From Mustelus asterias (taxonomy: Eukaryota): 64,000 nucleotides of DNA. Each line of letters begins with the position of its first letter. Positions within the stretch are counted from its first letter, which is position 1. Below, piece by piece: positions 12,871 through 25,938 of the stretch. The stretch covers positions 63,674,001 to 63,738,000 of the forward strand of contig NC_135808.1 of NCBI RefSeq assembly GCF_964213995.1, read 5' to 3'. Below the pieces are notes generated by a model, which was not told the origin of the DNA, did not search any database, and was given only the letters and a program-made list of their open reading frames with translations. A program made the translations under genes and the position numbers.

Positions 12871-13094
12871 ATTTTCATCATCTTTTACTCTATTTTATTT
12901 ACCGTACACCATCCTTTCCAAATTTCAAATCAATGCCAAGTGAAATTTGGGTATGTTGCCTTTGAGGAATACACAGTAAATCATTAGCCATGGTGAAGTT
13001 TTTTCCTTATTTCTTCCTCTGTTTAAGTTACTGGTCCACTGGAGCATTTGTGCATTGGTTATACGAGCTTCACCTATTATGGCCAATTTTATTC

Positions 13095-13680
13095 ATAGAA
13101 AGTCATAGAAAGTCATAGAAATCCTACTGTACAGAAAGAGGCCATTCGGCCCATCGGGTCTGCACCGACCACAATCCCACCCAGGCCCTACCCCCATATC
13201 CCTACATATTTACCCACTAATCCCTCTAATCTACGCATCCCAGGACACTAAGGGGCAATTTTAGCATGGCCGATCAACCTAACCCGCACATCTTTGGACA
13301 TTCCATCTATGTTGACATGAACACTCGCTGCTTCTGCTCTTTAACACAATATCATAGAATCATAGAATCTTACAGCACAGAAGGAGGCCATTCGGCCAAT
13401 CGAGTCTGTATCGACCACAATCCCACCCAGGCCCTATTCCTGTAACCGCACACATTTACCCCTGCTAATCCCCCTGACACTAGGTTCAATTTAGCATGGC
13501 CAATCAACCTAACCCGCATGTCATTGGACTGTGGGAGGAAACTGGTACACCCAGAGGAAACCCATGCTGACAAGGGGAGAAAGTACAAACTCCACACAGA
13601 CAGTCAGCCAAGCCGGGAATCAAACCCGGGTCCCTAGCGCTGTGAGGCAGCAGTGTTAACCACTGTGCCACCGTGCCACC
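13095..13680 (-). mobile_element. two adjacent HE1-type SINEs (3' fragment 13095-13300; full copy 13352-13680)
   Basis: Reverse-complement matches to HE1 tail and head. Confidence 0.88.
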
Positions 13681-14192
13681 CAAGCAACAATTTTCATTGG
13701 GGATGGAAGGGAAGTATTGATGATAATTTTAACAGTCTAGAGTTCCCTGCTTGACAAACTGTTAATGACTGACGTCGTTGTTGAACAAGAGTGACGCAGG
13801 AGTTGTTAATTTTATGACCAGCTTGCATCAAAAACAGCTGACCTGTAAAGCTGAAAGGAAATAATTGTTGCATTACATTTAGCAGGACTAGAAGTCCAAC
13901 ATTTCTGACTTAATCCACTGTCTAGAAGATTGGTTTGAGCGTAGTGCTAACTAGATGCCCAAAGTAAGCAACCAGAGAAAGGAAGATAGAAATGCTGTGG
14001 GTAAATTATTAAAGTGTTGGATTTCAGTTGCCTTTAGGGTAGAATCTTGTGAAATAGCTGGTCAGCTGTTTTTCCAGATGTTTTAAAAAAATATATCTTC
14101 GTCGTCATGTTGCTATTCTACGAATAAGTGACCATCCCAACAACTAGGCAACAGAGAAGGAGAATGGTGTGCTCCCATTGACGAAGGTTACA

Positions 14193-14507
14193 AGTTTATT
14201 TATTGATGTCACAAGTCAGCTTACATTAACACTGCAATGAAGTTACTGTGAAAATCCCCTAGTCACCACAGTCCAGGGCCTGTTCGGGTACATTGAGGGA
14301 GAATTAATCATGGCCGATGCACCTAACCAACACATATTTTGGACTGTGGGAAGAAAGCAGAGTACCCCGGAGGAAATCCACACAGACACGGGCAGAACAT
14401 GCAGACTCCACACAGATTCCACACGGACAGTAACCCAAGCCGGGGATTGAACACCGTGTGTCCCTAGCACTGTGAGGCAGCAGTACTAACTGTGCCATCG
14501 CGCTGCC
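14193..14507 (-). mobile_element. alternative-tail SINE
   Basis: Reverse complement of the 9164-9432 family. Confidence 0.85.
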
Positions 14508-14744
14508 TCATATTGTAACGTGACTGAGAAGGGATAGACAATAGACCACAGTTGAAGTCATAAAGGATGTTGTTTGTGACCCATTATTAAGGTGGTTTCA
14601 GTGTCATGCCTGGGTTAGAATTCTAATTGTGGAGCTTCGTGGTGTTGTGGGAAAGATGGGCATGGAAATTTAAAAGACGTTTTCCTTTGGAGAAGAAACC
14701 TTGAAATGTTGGCAGTTTTCACTTCCGAGTAAAATCATTTTCAG

Positions 14745-15052
14745 ACTAGCTGAGAACTGTTTCCACGAACCATCAAAAGTATTCTCAATCCTACAAACTG
14801 CAAACATTTAGGGCAGGATTTCCTTTTGACACTAGGAAGTGTTGAATAAATACGTTATTGTCAAAAACAGGAGGCGTTGATGAAAAACATGAGCAGCAGC
14901 GAATGAAGCTAAATTTATCTGGGACAGTGTGCTTTCGAATGCTTTCCTCTCTCTCTCTCTATCTCCTCCTCCTTTGGAACCCAACCTCTGTACTAAACAG
15001 GCAATCAGGATTTGGGAGGTGGATGGTGATGGGGAGGACTGGAGTAGGGCAA
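14745..15052 (+). pseudogene. candidate exon trio reading TS*ELFPRTIKRGVDEKHEQQRMKLNLSGTAIRIWEVDGDGEDWSRA
   Basis: Exons 14745-14778, 14871-14926 and 15001-15052 join in phase across 92-bp and 74-bp introns; the last donor is gtgagt. Confidence 0.4.
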
Positions 15053-15627
15053 GTGAGTTTACATGATTTACTAAGGAAAGAAAGCTGACCTATTGACCCA
15101 TCCGTTGCAAAACAATGGGTAGCTTTTTTTAGTTTTGATTTATGAAAGACTAAAGATACGTAACCAAACCATAAAATCAGACTACATCTTGGCTGCGCTT
15201 TCATTGCAAGGTGGTCACATTACATTTTTGTTTATCCTCAAACATGAAACCTGAACAGGTAAAATAACTTACTTGGATTTGTTTTGCTGTGTTCATTATG
15301 TGGAGCTGGGTGTTCCTGGCATTTATTGCCCATCCCTAATTGTCCTTGGAAGTAATAAGACAACTAAGCAACTTGTTCAGCTTCTTAACTAAGAGGGCAG
15401 TTCAGAATCAACCACAATGTCAAAGGCCAGATCAGGCAATGACAACAGACTTCCTTCCCTGAAGAACACCAGTGAAGCATTGTGTTGTTACGACCTTCTG
15501 GCAGGTTTATGACACACTGATGCCAGCTTTTTAAGATTGAAATCAAATTTTTAAACGATTATTAGTCCAGGCCTCAGGATCGCTAATTCAGTTGCTTAAT
15601 CACTGCACTACTACACCCACTCACATG

Positions 15628-15955
15628 GGTGGCATGGTGTCACAGTGGTTAGCATTGCTGCCTCACAGTGCCAGGGACCCGGGTTCAATTCCAGCCTCAG
15701 GTCACTGTCTGTGTGGAGTTTGCACATTCTCCCCGTGTCTGTGTGGGTTTCCTCCGGATGCTCTGGTTTCCTCCCACAATCCAAATATGTGCGGGTTAGG
15801 TTGATTGGCCATGCTAAATTGACCCTAGTGTCAGGGGGATTAGCAGGGTAAATATATGGGGTGACAGGAATAGGGCCTGGATGGGATTGTGGTTGGTGCA
15901 GACTTGATGGGCCGAATGGCCTCCTTCTGCATTGTAAGGAATCTATGATTCTATG
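15628..15955 (+). mobile_element. HE1-type tRNA-derived V-SINE, full length
   Basis: A/B-box head, central gggtttcctccgg..tccggtttcctcccaca domain, CR1-like tail gggccgaatggcctccttctgca...(attctatg)n. Confidence 0.9.
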
Positions 15956-16724
15956 AAATGTGTACTGTCTTGTCCTATCCCCAGGACAGCTCAACATACT
16001 TCACAGTGAGCTACTTTGGTTGAAGTGCGATCATTGTTGTTCCGTACACAATGTGACGACAAATTTGCTTGTAGGAAGATCTCACATACAGTAATCGCGA
16101 TGAATGACTACTTAATGTGTCTCCTTTTAAAATTTTTATTGGGTTTGGTTGAGGGATGAATGTTGGCCTGGCGAGTGAGAGAGTCCCTTGTGTTTCTCTG
16201 AACAGTTTCATTGAATCCTATGCTCATTTGAGCAAGGCAGATGGATCTAAGCTTAAATTCTTGTCCAATTTCATCAGTTTTTGCAGTTGTGCTGGGCTTG
16301 GAAATAACTGGGTTGGATGGGAACAGAATGCCGGTTGGAGAGTGATGTTGGAGATGTAATGGTGGGTACCAATTCAGAGCAATCAAAAGTGGAATGCCAA
16401 ATTTAGCCCCTGATTTTTTACAACGATTTGGTCTCAAGCTTCTGAAGTGAAATATTAACTCAGAAGAACATGCAAGTTGGAAAGCAGCTCACCTGTAATC
16501 TTGTAACGAATTTTTCCATTTATGGCCGGAAATCCTCAACCTCGCCCGCGGCTGGGATTCTCCGGTTCTGCTGCAGTGGCTGGAGTTTTGACTGAGCGCC
16601 AAATTCTCCGTTCTCGCTGGCAGTGGTAGCAGGGTGCATGAAACTGGACAATATCTGACTGCTTCATATTTAGTCTTGGCTTGCTTCTTCTCATTTCTTA
16701 TGCATGTTGCAGTGAATTATGTAC

Positions 16725-17045
16725 ATAGACCATAAGCTGTAGGAACAGAAGTAGGCCATTCGGCCCATTGAGTCTGCTCCAGCTTTCAATAAAATCATGA
16801 CTGATCTGATATGATAATTCTCAACTTCATTCTCCTGTCTTACCCCATAAACCTTGATTCCCTTTCCAGTTAAAAATCTGTCTATCTCAGCATTGAACAT
16901 ACTCAATGACCCAGCCTCTTCAGCTCTCTGCAGTAAAGAATTCCATAGATTCACTACCCTCAGAAAGAAGAAATTTCTCCTCATATCTGTCTTAAATGGG
17001 CAACCACTCACTCTCAGATAATGCCCTCTGGTCCTGAGTTTCCAT
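16725..17045 (-). mobile_element. CR1 LINE 3' fragment
   Basis: Translation LRTRGHYLRV...RRNFFFLRVVNLWNSL...EIDRFL. Confidence 0.85.
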
Positions 17046-20000
17046 ATGGAGAAGATGTTTAATCTGATGGGTGATACTGAGCTGAGTTCTTTATTCTGTC
17101 CTGGGATGTGGGCATCACTGGCAGGGCCAGCATTTTTTGCCCATTCCATTGCCCTTGAACTAAATGGCTTGTTAGGCCATTTCAGTGTGAACTGCATTGC
17201 TGTGGGCCTGGGGTGACATGTAGGCTGGACCAGCGGTAAGGATGGCAAATTTCCTTAGTGAACTAGATGGGGTTTTATAACAATCGATGGTCATGGTCAC
17301 CATTATTGATTTTTCATTCTAGATTTATTAATCGAATTAAAATTCCAACAGTTGCCATGATGGGATTTGAACCCATGTCTCCAGAGCATTAGCTTGGGCC
17401 TCTGGATAAATAGTCCAGTGATATTAGCACTACACTGCCTTCTTTCCCTGCGTGCAGTATAGCCTGGTGATAAACATCAAGGCCAGAATTTTACCACCCT
17501 CCCACCAGCTTCCATTTCTGCCGTAATCAACAAGTTTTGAACAGCTTGTCACATTTTACTGCCCTTGCTGCAACAGGACCATAAAATCCCACCCCAACAT
17601 TTCCTGCTTCTTGTGGAGAGTTAAGGTAATAGTGACAATTGGATTATAATGCTGTATTCTTTAAGGTGTTGATCCCTTCTCCGGGCATGGTTCCATGGAC
17701 TGAGTTGTCCTCCTTTAGCCATTATTAATGGATGCAGTGAGTATTATCTGAATGTGGCAAATTGTCTCAGAGCTGAGCCTAATCCTGACGTAGCCTCATT
17801 TCCAGTGGTGTACCCTTCCAACAAAGGTCATCAAGTCATTGGTGGTGTGGGAGAGGAGACTGAGCTCAGCAGGGGGTCAGCCAGGGGACCAGGAAAACTA
17901 ACACATCAACAGCAGCACCCTCACTGCAGACTGGCTGTCTCTGCATATACATGAAATAGACAGCGCAGATAAAGGTGGGTGTTTCACTATATCTATCAAC
18001 AGAACACAGCTGAATGTCCTTGCTAACAACACTAAAACTGTAATAAAGACATGATTCAGTGACCGTTGTCTGAACGGACATTCCATCCATCTACCAATGA
18101 AGATTATGACATTACTGATGGGACGCGATTAAACAGCTATTGTCTTGGGCCTACCCCTTTGTATCATGTGTAAATAATTTACCAGTGTGCATGGCTGGAA
18201 ACAATTATCTTTCGTAGAAGTTGTAAGAAATGCCCTATAATAAAGGCTAACTACATAATCGAGCAGAGCAGACTAAAGAAGCCTCAGGAATTCTCCAGTT
18301 CCCCTCTCCTTATCGATAAGAAGGCAATAAAGGATCAATCATTCGCGAACGCTGTGTCCGAATATCTTTCGAGCACCGGCAGTGGAAGAGCCCCTGAGTT
18401 CTTTTCCCCACTGCTCCAACTGCAGTCAGGATCCTGGATGCTTTTTTCCTACTTTCCATCGCCTGTGTGGAAGTGTGCAGTGATTAAACTCGGCATTGAT
18501 TGGTGATGAAAGCAAGAACCACATTTGTTTATACAACTCAAAACAGTTTACTTCTGAGCTGTGGCTCAGTGGGTGGCTCAGTAGCTTTGCAGGTTCAGGT
18601 TCCACTCTAGGCGCTTCAATGTAAAATCTAGGCTGACAATCGAGTGCAGTCTCTGCGCTGTTGGAGGTGCCATCCTTTGGATGAAATTTTGAACCAAGAT
18701 CCAGTCTGCCCCTCAGGTACAAAGATCCCATGGTCATATTTCAAAGCATGGGAGTCCTGGTCACTTCACCCACATCACTTTTTTATTAAGAAAAGATGAT
18801 TATCACATTATGACAGGTCATCGTCACACCGCTGTACACTGCAACAGTCCCTATGTATTATAGGCTGTAAAATGCTTTGGGATTTCCTGAGCTTGTAAAA
18901 GTGCTATGTAAATGCAAGTTTGAGTCAACAGCATCTGAAGTGTTCCATTTCTAGGGTTAATGGACCTTATTTTGAATTAAACAGAATGGTCTGTCATTTT
19001 AACATGTGACTGGTCTCTGCGCCTCCCAGTCCTCCCCCCGCTATATTTTGATAACATTTTTTTTCTTTCCAAAACAGCACTGGTTAAAATGGTGCAACAG
19101 TCAGCTCTATTTTCACTCCCTACAACACAGACCAGGCTCTGAAGCTCTGCCAAGAACAACACAGACAGTGGGGAATGTTGTTTTTTGAGACACCAGTCAG
19201 TCACACAGCATTGTCTCTCGCTCTTCGCGAGCCGTGCCAGTGCTGAAAGCGGATTTAAGCACTGAAGTAAAAACAAATGGAATCGGGTAACAGCTTCTTA
19301 AGCCGGCTCGATGCCTCCAGTAATTATCCCCCGTGATAACTGCGTCAGTCTTTATTCCACAGTAAAACTGTATTAACTCAAATAAAAGTGACTGTGACTG
19401 GAAAAGCTTTTCAGTGTAACTTCTGAGTCATTCTATGATTTGTTAGATGAGTTCCTTTTCTCTCCCATTCTCCCCGAATTTCCAGCCCCTTGCTGCAGGG
19501 CTACTTTCTGCATTAAGAAGTGCTTATCTCGCCCAAAAGTAGTGTAGAAAGGATAGAGTCCTTGGGCGCTGTAGTGTCTTGGGAACTCGTGACTGCTTTT
19601 CTTTTTCACAAGCTTCTTAATGTGCACGTTGCCACAATCTGATCCTTCAGTCCACAAAGTCTAATATCAAATTGTTTGCAAGTCGGCTTGAAACCCCTTG
19701 TCTTGCAGTCAAAAGCATACATTTCTCTTTTTAAAATAGTACCGTTAACGTTCTTGCCTGCTCTCTCTCAGTCCGCCTTTTAGATCAATTATCCAAGGGC
19801 ATGATGTTGTTTTGTATTTAAGGTTTTTGTCGTTCTTTGCCAAGCTTCCTCTGCTGTCCAGGAAAGTAGTGCAGTGCTGGCGAAAGGCCAAGAAGAATTC
19901 AGCTTTCAATCATTTCCTCAACTTCATTCAAATGGGGGCGATTGGGATAAAGCCAGAGGGGAGAAGGATGAGAGAGGGGGGGGGGAAACGAGACGGAGCT

Positions 20001-22034
20001 GGGTTCAGCGGCAGGGCAGGGAGGCCTAAAGAGAGGTTTGACTTGATGGGCAGGAGGGGGAGTAGCTGGAAGGATATGAACTGTAAGACTCTCAAGCTTT
20101 GAAGACTGTTTTATGTCGGTAACAGCACATTAACGTCAGTTTTGTTTGTTCACCGTAGCCCGCTGGTAGATGTGATTTCGGTAGAAAAGATTCAACTCAG
20201 ACATGATAATCAAGTCTTTTAAGTTTATACATTAAAAGCAAAATGCTTTTTGTTCTGCCTTAAGATCAACCTTTAATCTATGACCTTATCTACTCCGTAA
20301 CCGCATGGCTGCAGATCTTCAGATGCTCTCTATAGATAGAGTACAATCATTCCCAAATATCTTCTGTTGGTAGAATTTGTAATTCTTGACCGTCCCACTT
20401 GAGTCCACACAATGACTGATTGAAATGGAAAAATATCTCTTTGCAGAAATGGAACCGAGATGCATGGTGCAAGATAAAGATAGCTTTAGTTTGTACTGGT
20501 CTTAGCTCAAACTGAAAGAGATAGTCTTGAATCTTGCTTCATTGAGGAAGGCCATTCAGCCCATCGTGTTTGGGATGTGTAACGTCATAAAATATATATA
20601 TATATATAGTCTTTTTGTTATTCATTCGTGGGACATGGGCATTGCGGGCCGGCCAGCATTTATCTGCCGTGGCGGGATTCAAACCCGGGTCCCCAGAACC
20701 TTTAGCTGAGTTTCTGGATAAAATGTCTAGCGATAATACCACTAGGTCATCGCCTTCCCTTAATATATATAAGGCCTGGATGGCCAACGCTGTGAAACAG
20801 TAATTTGAGAGAAGCCTTGAAAAGAAATTTGTCTGTGAGACGAAAGCGTGCGCGTACGGAGAAAGGAACAGGTAACAACTTCTGGTAACAGACATAACAA
20901 AGTGAGAATTCTCAGTGTCACCTCTAGTTTTCATAACTTTGCTAAAAGCTTATTGTTTTGTCACTTATCAATTCTCTCTCTCAATTATTGTCAGCAGATC
21001 TGTTGAATTGTCTATAGCTGAATAAGATTGGAACAGAAATAAGTGTAGAGTGAAGCTTGCATTAAATAAGTCTGAAAAATGGATTCTGCCGGCACAAATT
21101 GATTGCGCTGGAACATTGAATCAGTGCCTGTAGCAAGTCTGGTGAATTAATCAGTCTGTACTCGTCTTCCACTATCTATGCCCTGAATAAATGACTGCAG
21201 TATTTCGACAGAGAGAAATAAAAGCTGGCAGCTTGAGTGTTTGCTGACTTTATGAAAAGATTAAGGTTAGACTTGGCAAGAGACCAAGTTAAAGCTACTA
21301 TCTGGAGGAGTAGACAATTGGGCTGCATTTGTTTTTGAAAAAAAAGTTTGAACGTTTATCAGCAGTTGCCATGTTGATCTAATTGCATTTTCCTGTGTTT
21401 TAAATAACATTTATAATGGAGTCTTCAATTGACATCCCAGTCAAAGCTGTGAACTGTTAGCTATTTTTTATTGGATTCTGGTAAAGGAATCTTGAAGGTC
21501 AGAATTATATCCGTAGCTTCCAGTTGACTTTACGTGTCCGTTTAAGGTGGGAGATGTCTTGATGAAAAGAGAAGCCTAAATCTGCTTTGGGCAGTTAGTG
21601 TTGTCGAACATTGTTAGATCATTTTGACCACGCAGAAAAAACTACCTCAAAAGAGTAGCCACTGCTGCCAGTGGTGGGCAACCAGGGTTCTAAGTGCGGC
21701 CTACATGACGTTTTTGTCAAGAGACTGAAAGCAGAGTTTGCGAGAGAGCGGAGGCGGGAAGTAAAAAAAAGCGTTGGGATGAGCGAGAGTGGAGGATTGA
21801 TTGGTGAATATTTGTCTTGCTTCCCTCATTAGCCATTCAAATACTAGTGCAATTTCATAGTAACTGTAAGGTTTTATTCAAAATAAAGTTTTTATAATAG
21901 CTGTAGTAAAGATTATTGGGAGCAGTAAGGTTTACTAATTAAAACAAGCAAATAAATAAATGCTTAAAACACATACCTGTGTAACTAAGAAACGTAGAAC
22001 CTTTAGTTTTAGGTGGTACTAGTGTTTTTAATGC

Positions 22035-22326
22035 TTATTTATTAGTGTCACAAGTAGGTTTACATAAACACTGCAATTAAGTTACTGTGAAAATCCTCTA
22101 GTCGCCACACTCAGGCACTTGTTTGGGTACACTGAGGGAGAATTTAGCATAGCCAATCCACCTAACCTGTACATCTTCGGACTGTAGGAGGAAACTGGAG
22201 CACCCGGAGGAAACCCACGTAGACACAAGGAGAATATGCAAACTCTGCATAGACAGTCACCCAAGGCCAGAATTGAACCCAGGTCCCTGACACTGTGAGA
22301 CTGAAGTGCACACCACTGTGCCACCC
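22035..22326 (-). mobile_element. alternative-tail SINE
   Basis: Reverse complement of the 9164-9432 family. Confidence 0.85.
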
Positions 22327-22329
22327 ATC

Positions 22330-24920
22330 CCCACTAGGTGCCTATCATTGTTTAGACTTCCTCACCATCCCACTACGTCCATGTATATCCCCAGGATCCA
22401 CAGCTGAGGTTGAGGCAGCCTCAAATCTTGTTGCGTAAGATGATATTGGTGGGTGTCCCCAGGAGGGCTGGGACCTTGAGTGTCAGTGCATGCTTTTGAG
22501 GAGCACAGATGATTACACAGGCTGCTGTTTTACTTCCAGTAATCTGTGTAGAGAACAGTGCTGCCTTCCCGGGTGGTGGGGCTGGAGATGTGTCGCTTAG
22601 AGCAAGATGGGTTGGATACATCCTGGGTCTCCTGTGAGGAAGGCCCTAGGATGTAGCACAGTGGCACGGTAGCACAGTGGTTAGCACTGCTGCTTCACAG
22701 CTCCAGGGACCTGGGTTTGATTCCCGGCTTGGGTCACTGTCTGTGTGGAGTTTGCACATTCTCCTCGTGTCTGCGTGGGTTTCCTCCGGGTGCTCCGGTT
22801 TCCTCCCACAGTCCAAAGATGTGCGGGTTAGGTTGATTGGCCATGCTAAAATTGCCCCTTAGTATCCTGAGATGCATAGGTTAGGGGGATTAGTGGGTAA
22901 AATATGTAAGGATATGGGGGTAGGGCCTGGGTGGGATTGTGGTCAGTGCAGACTTGATGGGCCGAATGGCCGCTTTCTGTACTGTAGGGTTTCTATGATT
23001 CTATGTGCTCCCACCGATCCTCTTCCTTCGAGTGCCTGAAGCCCCTAGTCTCCTCCATGGATTGAGAGAGTGAGATCCAGAACCCCATCATCCTCTAGTG
23101 TTGACATTCGTGGATTCCCACTAGTGGCTGCACCATGCAATTGAAGCCTTGCACCATGGAGATCATGCCTTCAGCCATAGAGATCATGTCTAAACCATGA
23201 ACCGAATATCCCCTTCCATAGAGTGCATGTCCTGTACCAAAATCTCCACTGCAGATACCACCCTTGAAGTGTTGGCCTCATTGCATCAGAGTGACAGCCA
23301 CATCTCCTTGGACAAAAGGCATTGGGACTCCAGCCTCCAGTCCAAAGAGAGATGCTGTGCGTAATGTCCTAACTATGTTTGGGGTTGTGGGTTTAAAAAA
23401 AAAGAAAAGATGAAGTTGGCACACGTAGATTCAAAGTAACACACAACAGGTTTATTCAAAAAGATGTTCTCTCACAGATTGCAAACTGAAAGTAAAGCAA
23501 CATCCTATGTAACACCCCAAATGACATCATTATCAAAGCATCTGACCAGCTCTTAAAGCAATAATGCAACAAGTAAAATATATAACACTGACATTCCCTT
23601 CCTGATGTTCACGACTCTGCCTTTATAGATCTAGCAGCTCTGGGATGACCGGATCCAGGGGCATGTCATCAGCCTCGGACTCAGCAGAGTCCTGGGCCCT
23701 GGCATCCTTCTGAGTATTGGATTCCTGGGATGTTCCTGCCTCCACCTGCTGTGTGGATCTTCAGATGTGAGGTACTCACCACTGAGTGATCCAGAAGCCT
23801 GCCTACTTAGCGAACCCACCAAGCGACTATCTGTGCTGATGGGAAGGGTGTGGGTAACAGCTGTGATGCCTCATCAGTGCTGGTCTCTGAGATGTCTCCC
23901 TCAGAGCTGCCCAGTTCTGTGGTGACTAGAGGGTATGAGGAGGGTCTAGGCTGGTCTGCTGATTGACCTGCAATGGATGGGAGATGGCATTAGTGCGGGA
24001 CAGGGGAACACAGATTGGAGAAAGGTCACCAACGTGAGACTTGCGCCATGGCTGGATGTGTTGATGGTCCTTACTTGTGTCATTAGCCCCTACCTCGCCA
24101 TTTGCAGAGGTGCGGTCCTGCTCCCCTCTGGAGGGCTCGTTCCTCGAATGGGGTGAGGCTTTCCAGCTTGGGCATCAGTCTGACTGGCTGTGCCTGCTCA
24201 CACTTCGAGTTTGTCCTGTACTGAGACAGATGGGGAGAGTGTAAGCAGGAGTTGTGCCAGGTTAGATGGTAGTATTGTGTGGCATGTGTGGGGAGTGAGA
24301 GGGAGCAAGGATGTGAGGAGCAAAGGAGATACTGGGGGCATAATGGGGTGAAGGATGTGGGGGTTGGCATGGCAAGTGCTCTGGCCCTGCAAGGTGGGTG
24401 GGAATGAGATGTCTGTGGAGGGGTATGTCAGAGGGTGACATGAGGGAGACATGAGAAGGCAGACTTACCTTGACTGCAGGAAGAAGGTCATTCATCTTCA
24501 TTTGGCACTGTAGTCCCATCCCCTTTTGGAGTGAGTTGGCATTCTCAACCATGGCTACAGCTACTCAGGAGGGCTTGGTGACTTTGCTAGCTGGATGTCT
24601 TCCTAAATGAGGGTAGAGGGCCTTCTGCCACTAGACCCCATCCCTCGGCGAAGCCCGGTCCAGTCTTCCTGACAGCCACCCCCACCCCTGACTGGGTTTG
24701 GGAAAAAGGCTGGGGAGGCGTTTAAGTGATGAGCCCCACTGATTGCAGCCATTAAGCTGTGACAGGGTGTGCGAATCGAAGGCAGGCCACCTTGGGCACG
24801 GTGTAAAACACATGGAAAAAAATTGTTTCAAGAGGCTGAATAGACAGTGACTTTCCCCACCGACAGCGCTGGTTTTCTCATCGGGGCCAATACTTTGAAA
24901 AGATATTCGAAAATTCCCCT
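22330..24920 (-). mobile_element. PIF/Harbinger transposon remnant (Myb/SANT-like accessory gene)
   Basis: Degenerate spliced ORF QCQMKMNDLLPAVK|gtaagt followed by DKL...KLESLTPFEERAL; terminal gaaaattcccc near 24915. Confidence 0.55.
22662..23005 (+). mobile_element. HE1-type SINE
   Basis: Full head, core and tail. Confidence 0.9.
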
Positions 24921-25425
24921 TGCGATGACGACTGTTCTATTAATATATGAATGATTACCAGAGGATTGTTATAACTCATTTTGAAATGTTGTTAAATGTA
25001 TTTAATCTCATTCATGGTGTCATGGTCGGTGCATGTGACCGATTTTAATCTTGCGGCCCACTGAGATGAAGGAGGGCCCGCTCATGCGGCCCACTCACTA
25101 ACCTAGGCTGCCCCCCATTGCACTACTGCATTTCTGAGCCTTTTACTGTGAGCAATTTTTTTTAAAGAAGCCCTTGTTCACAACTAAATTTTGTACAGGA
25201 GATAAAGCTTGAGCTTCAATTGTGATATCAATAACCTAAATTTCCTTGGTGTCTATTTTCATGCATTTTTTATTATTAATATCTCCTTTTTTACTTTTGC
25301 TTCTCCATCACCCTCTTGCATTACCTCTTAAACCCATCTGTCCTTACCAGCCAGTTCCCTATTCATGCTTTCTTTCATTTCTCCAGGCCCCCAAATCCCA
25401 ACCGCCAACCCTTCCGATGACCATG

Positions 25426-25710
25426 TGGTGCAGTGGCACAATGATTAGCACTGTTGCCTCACAGCACCAGAGACCTGGGTTCCTGACTTGGGTCACTGTC
25501 TGTGCGTGTGCGGAGTCTGCACTTCCTCCCCATGTCTGTGTGGGTTTCCTCCGGTTTCCTCCCACAGTCCAAAAGATGTGCTGGTTAGGTACATTGGCCA
25601 TGCTAAATTCTCCCTCAGTGGAGTGTGGCGACTAGGGGATTTTCACAGTATCTTCATTGCAGTGTTAATGTAAGCCTACTTGTGACACTAATAAATAAAC
25701 TTAAACTTTA
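25426..25710 (+). mobile_element. alternative-tail SINE; a second 3' half follows at 25941-26070
   Basis: Same family as 9164-9432. Confidence 0.85.
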
Positions 25711-25938
25711 ACTATATCGAAAGTCCTGCTTTCTACCTCAACTTTGTGTCATGGGTAGGAAATTGATTATCACCAATGCCACAGGTTTCAGTTTTAACTA
25801 GCAATCCATTATGTGGAACCATAACAAATCAGCGTTGAACATCAATGCACATGACATCCATTTATCTTCTGCCCAATGCCACAATGACTGTTGAAGATCT
25901 CTATTAGGTTAGCTAGACAAAACCTTCACAAAACCATC
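25710..25938. repeat. inverted duplicate of 30863-31092
   Basis: Reverse-complement alignment, roughly 85-90% identical, including the same SINE-tail junction aactatatcga. Confidence 0.9.

Larger units (their letters stand above)
937..18047 (+). pseudogene. candidate decayed multi-exon gene of unknown identity (3' portion)
   Basis: AG/GT-bounded segments with mostly matching phases, several separated by ~70-110 bp introns: 937-1011, 2892-2946, 3120-3189, 3262-3280, 3352-3492, 3569-3689, 5336-5457, 5552-5612, 5713-5744, 11740-11862, 11972-12067, 14745-14778, 14871-14926, 15001-15052, 16287-16355, 17666-17736 and a terminal exon from 17806 with AATAAA at 18042. Many carry in-frame stops. Confidence 0.5.

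Noticed and set aside
937-18047. Idea that the stops in the decayed gene reflect APOBEC C-to-T hypermutation, U-to-C editing or selenocysteine recoding
   Set aside because: Every stop codon is trivially one C>T from CAA, CAG or CGA. Stop density is near random, TAA and TAG also occur, and I saw no SECIS. CpG decay is the simpler explanation.
21640-21990. Promoter-like stretch with ggcgggaagt and tgacgt motifs
   Set aside because: Could equally be a LINE 5' UTR fragment; cannot be assigned from sequence alone.
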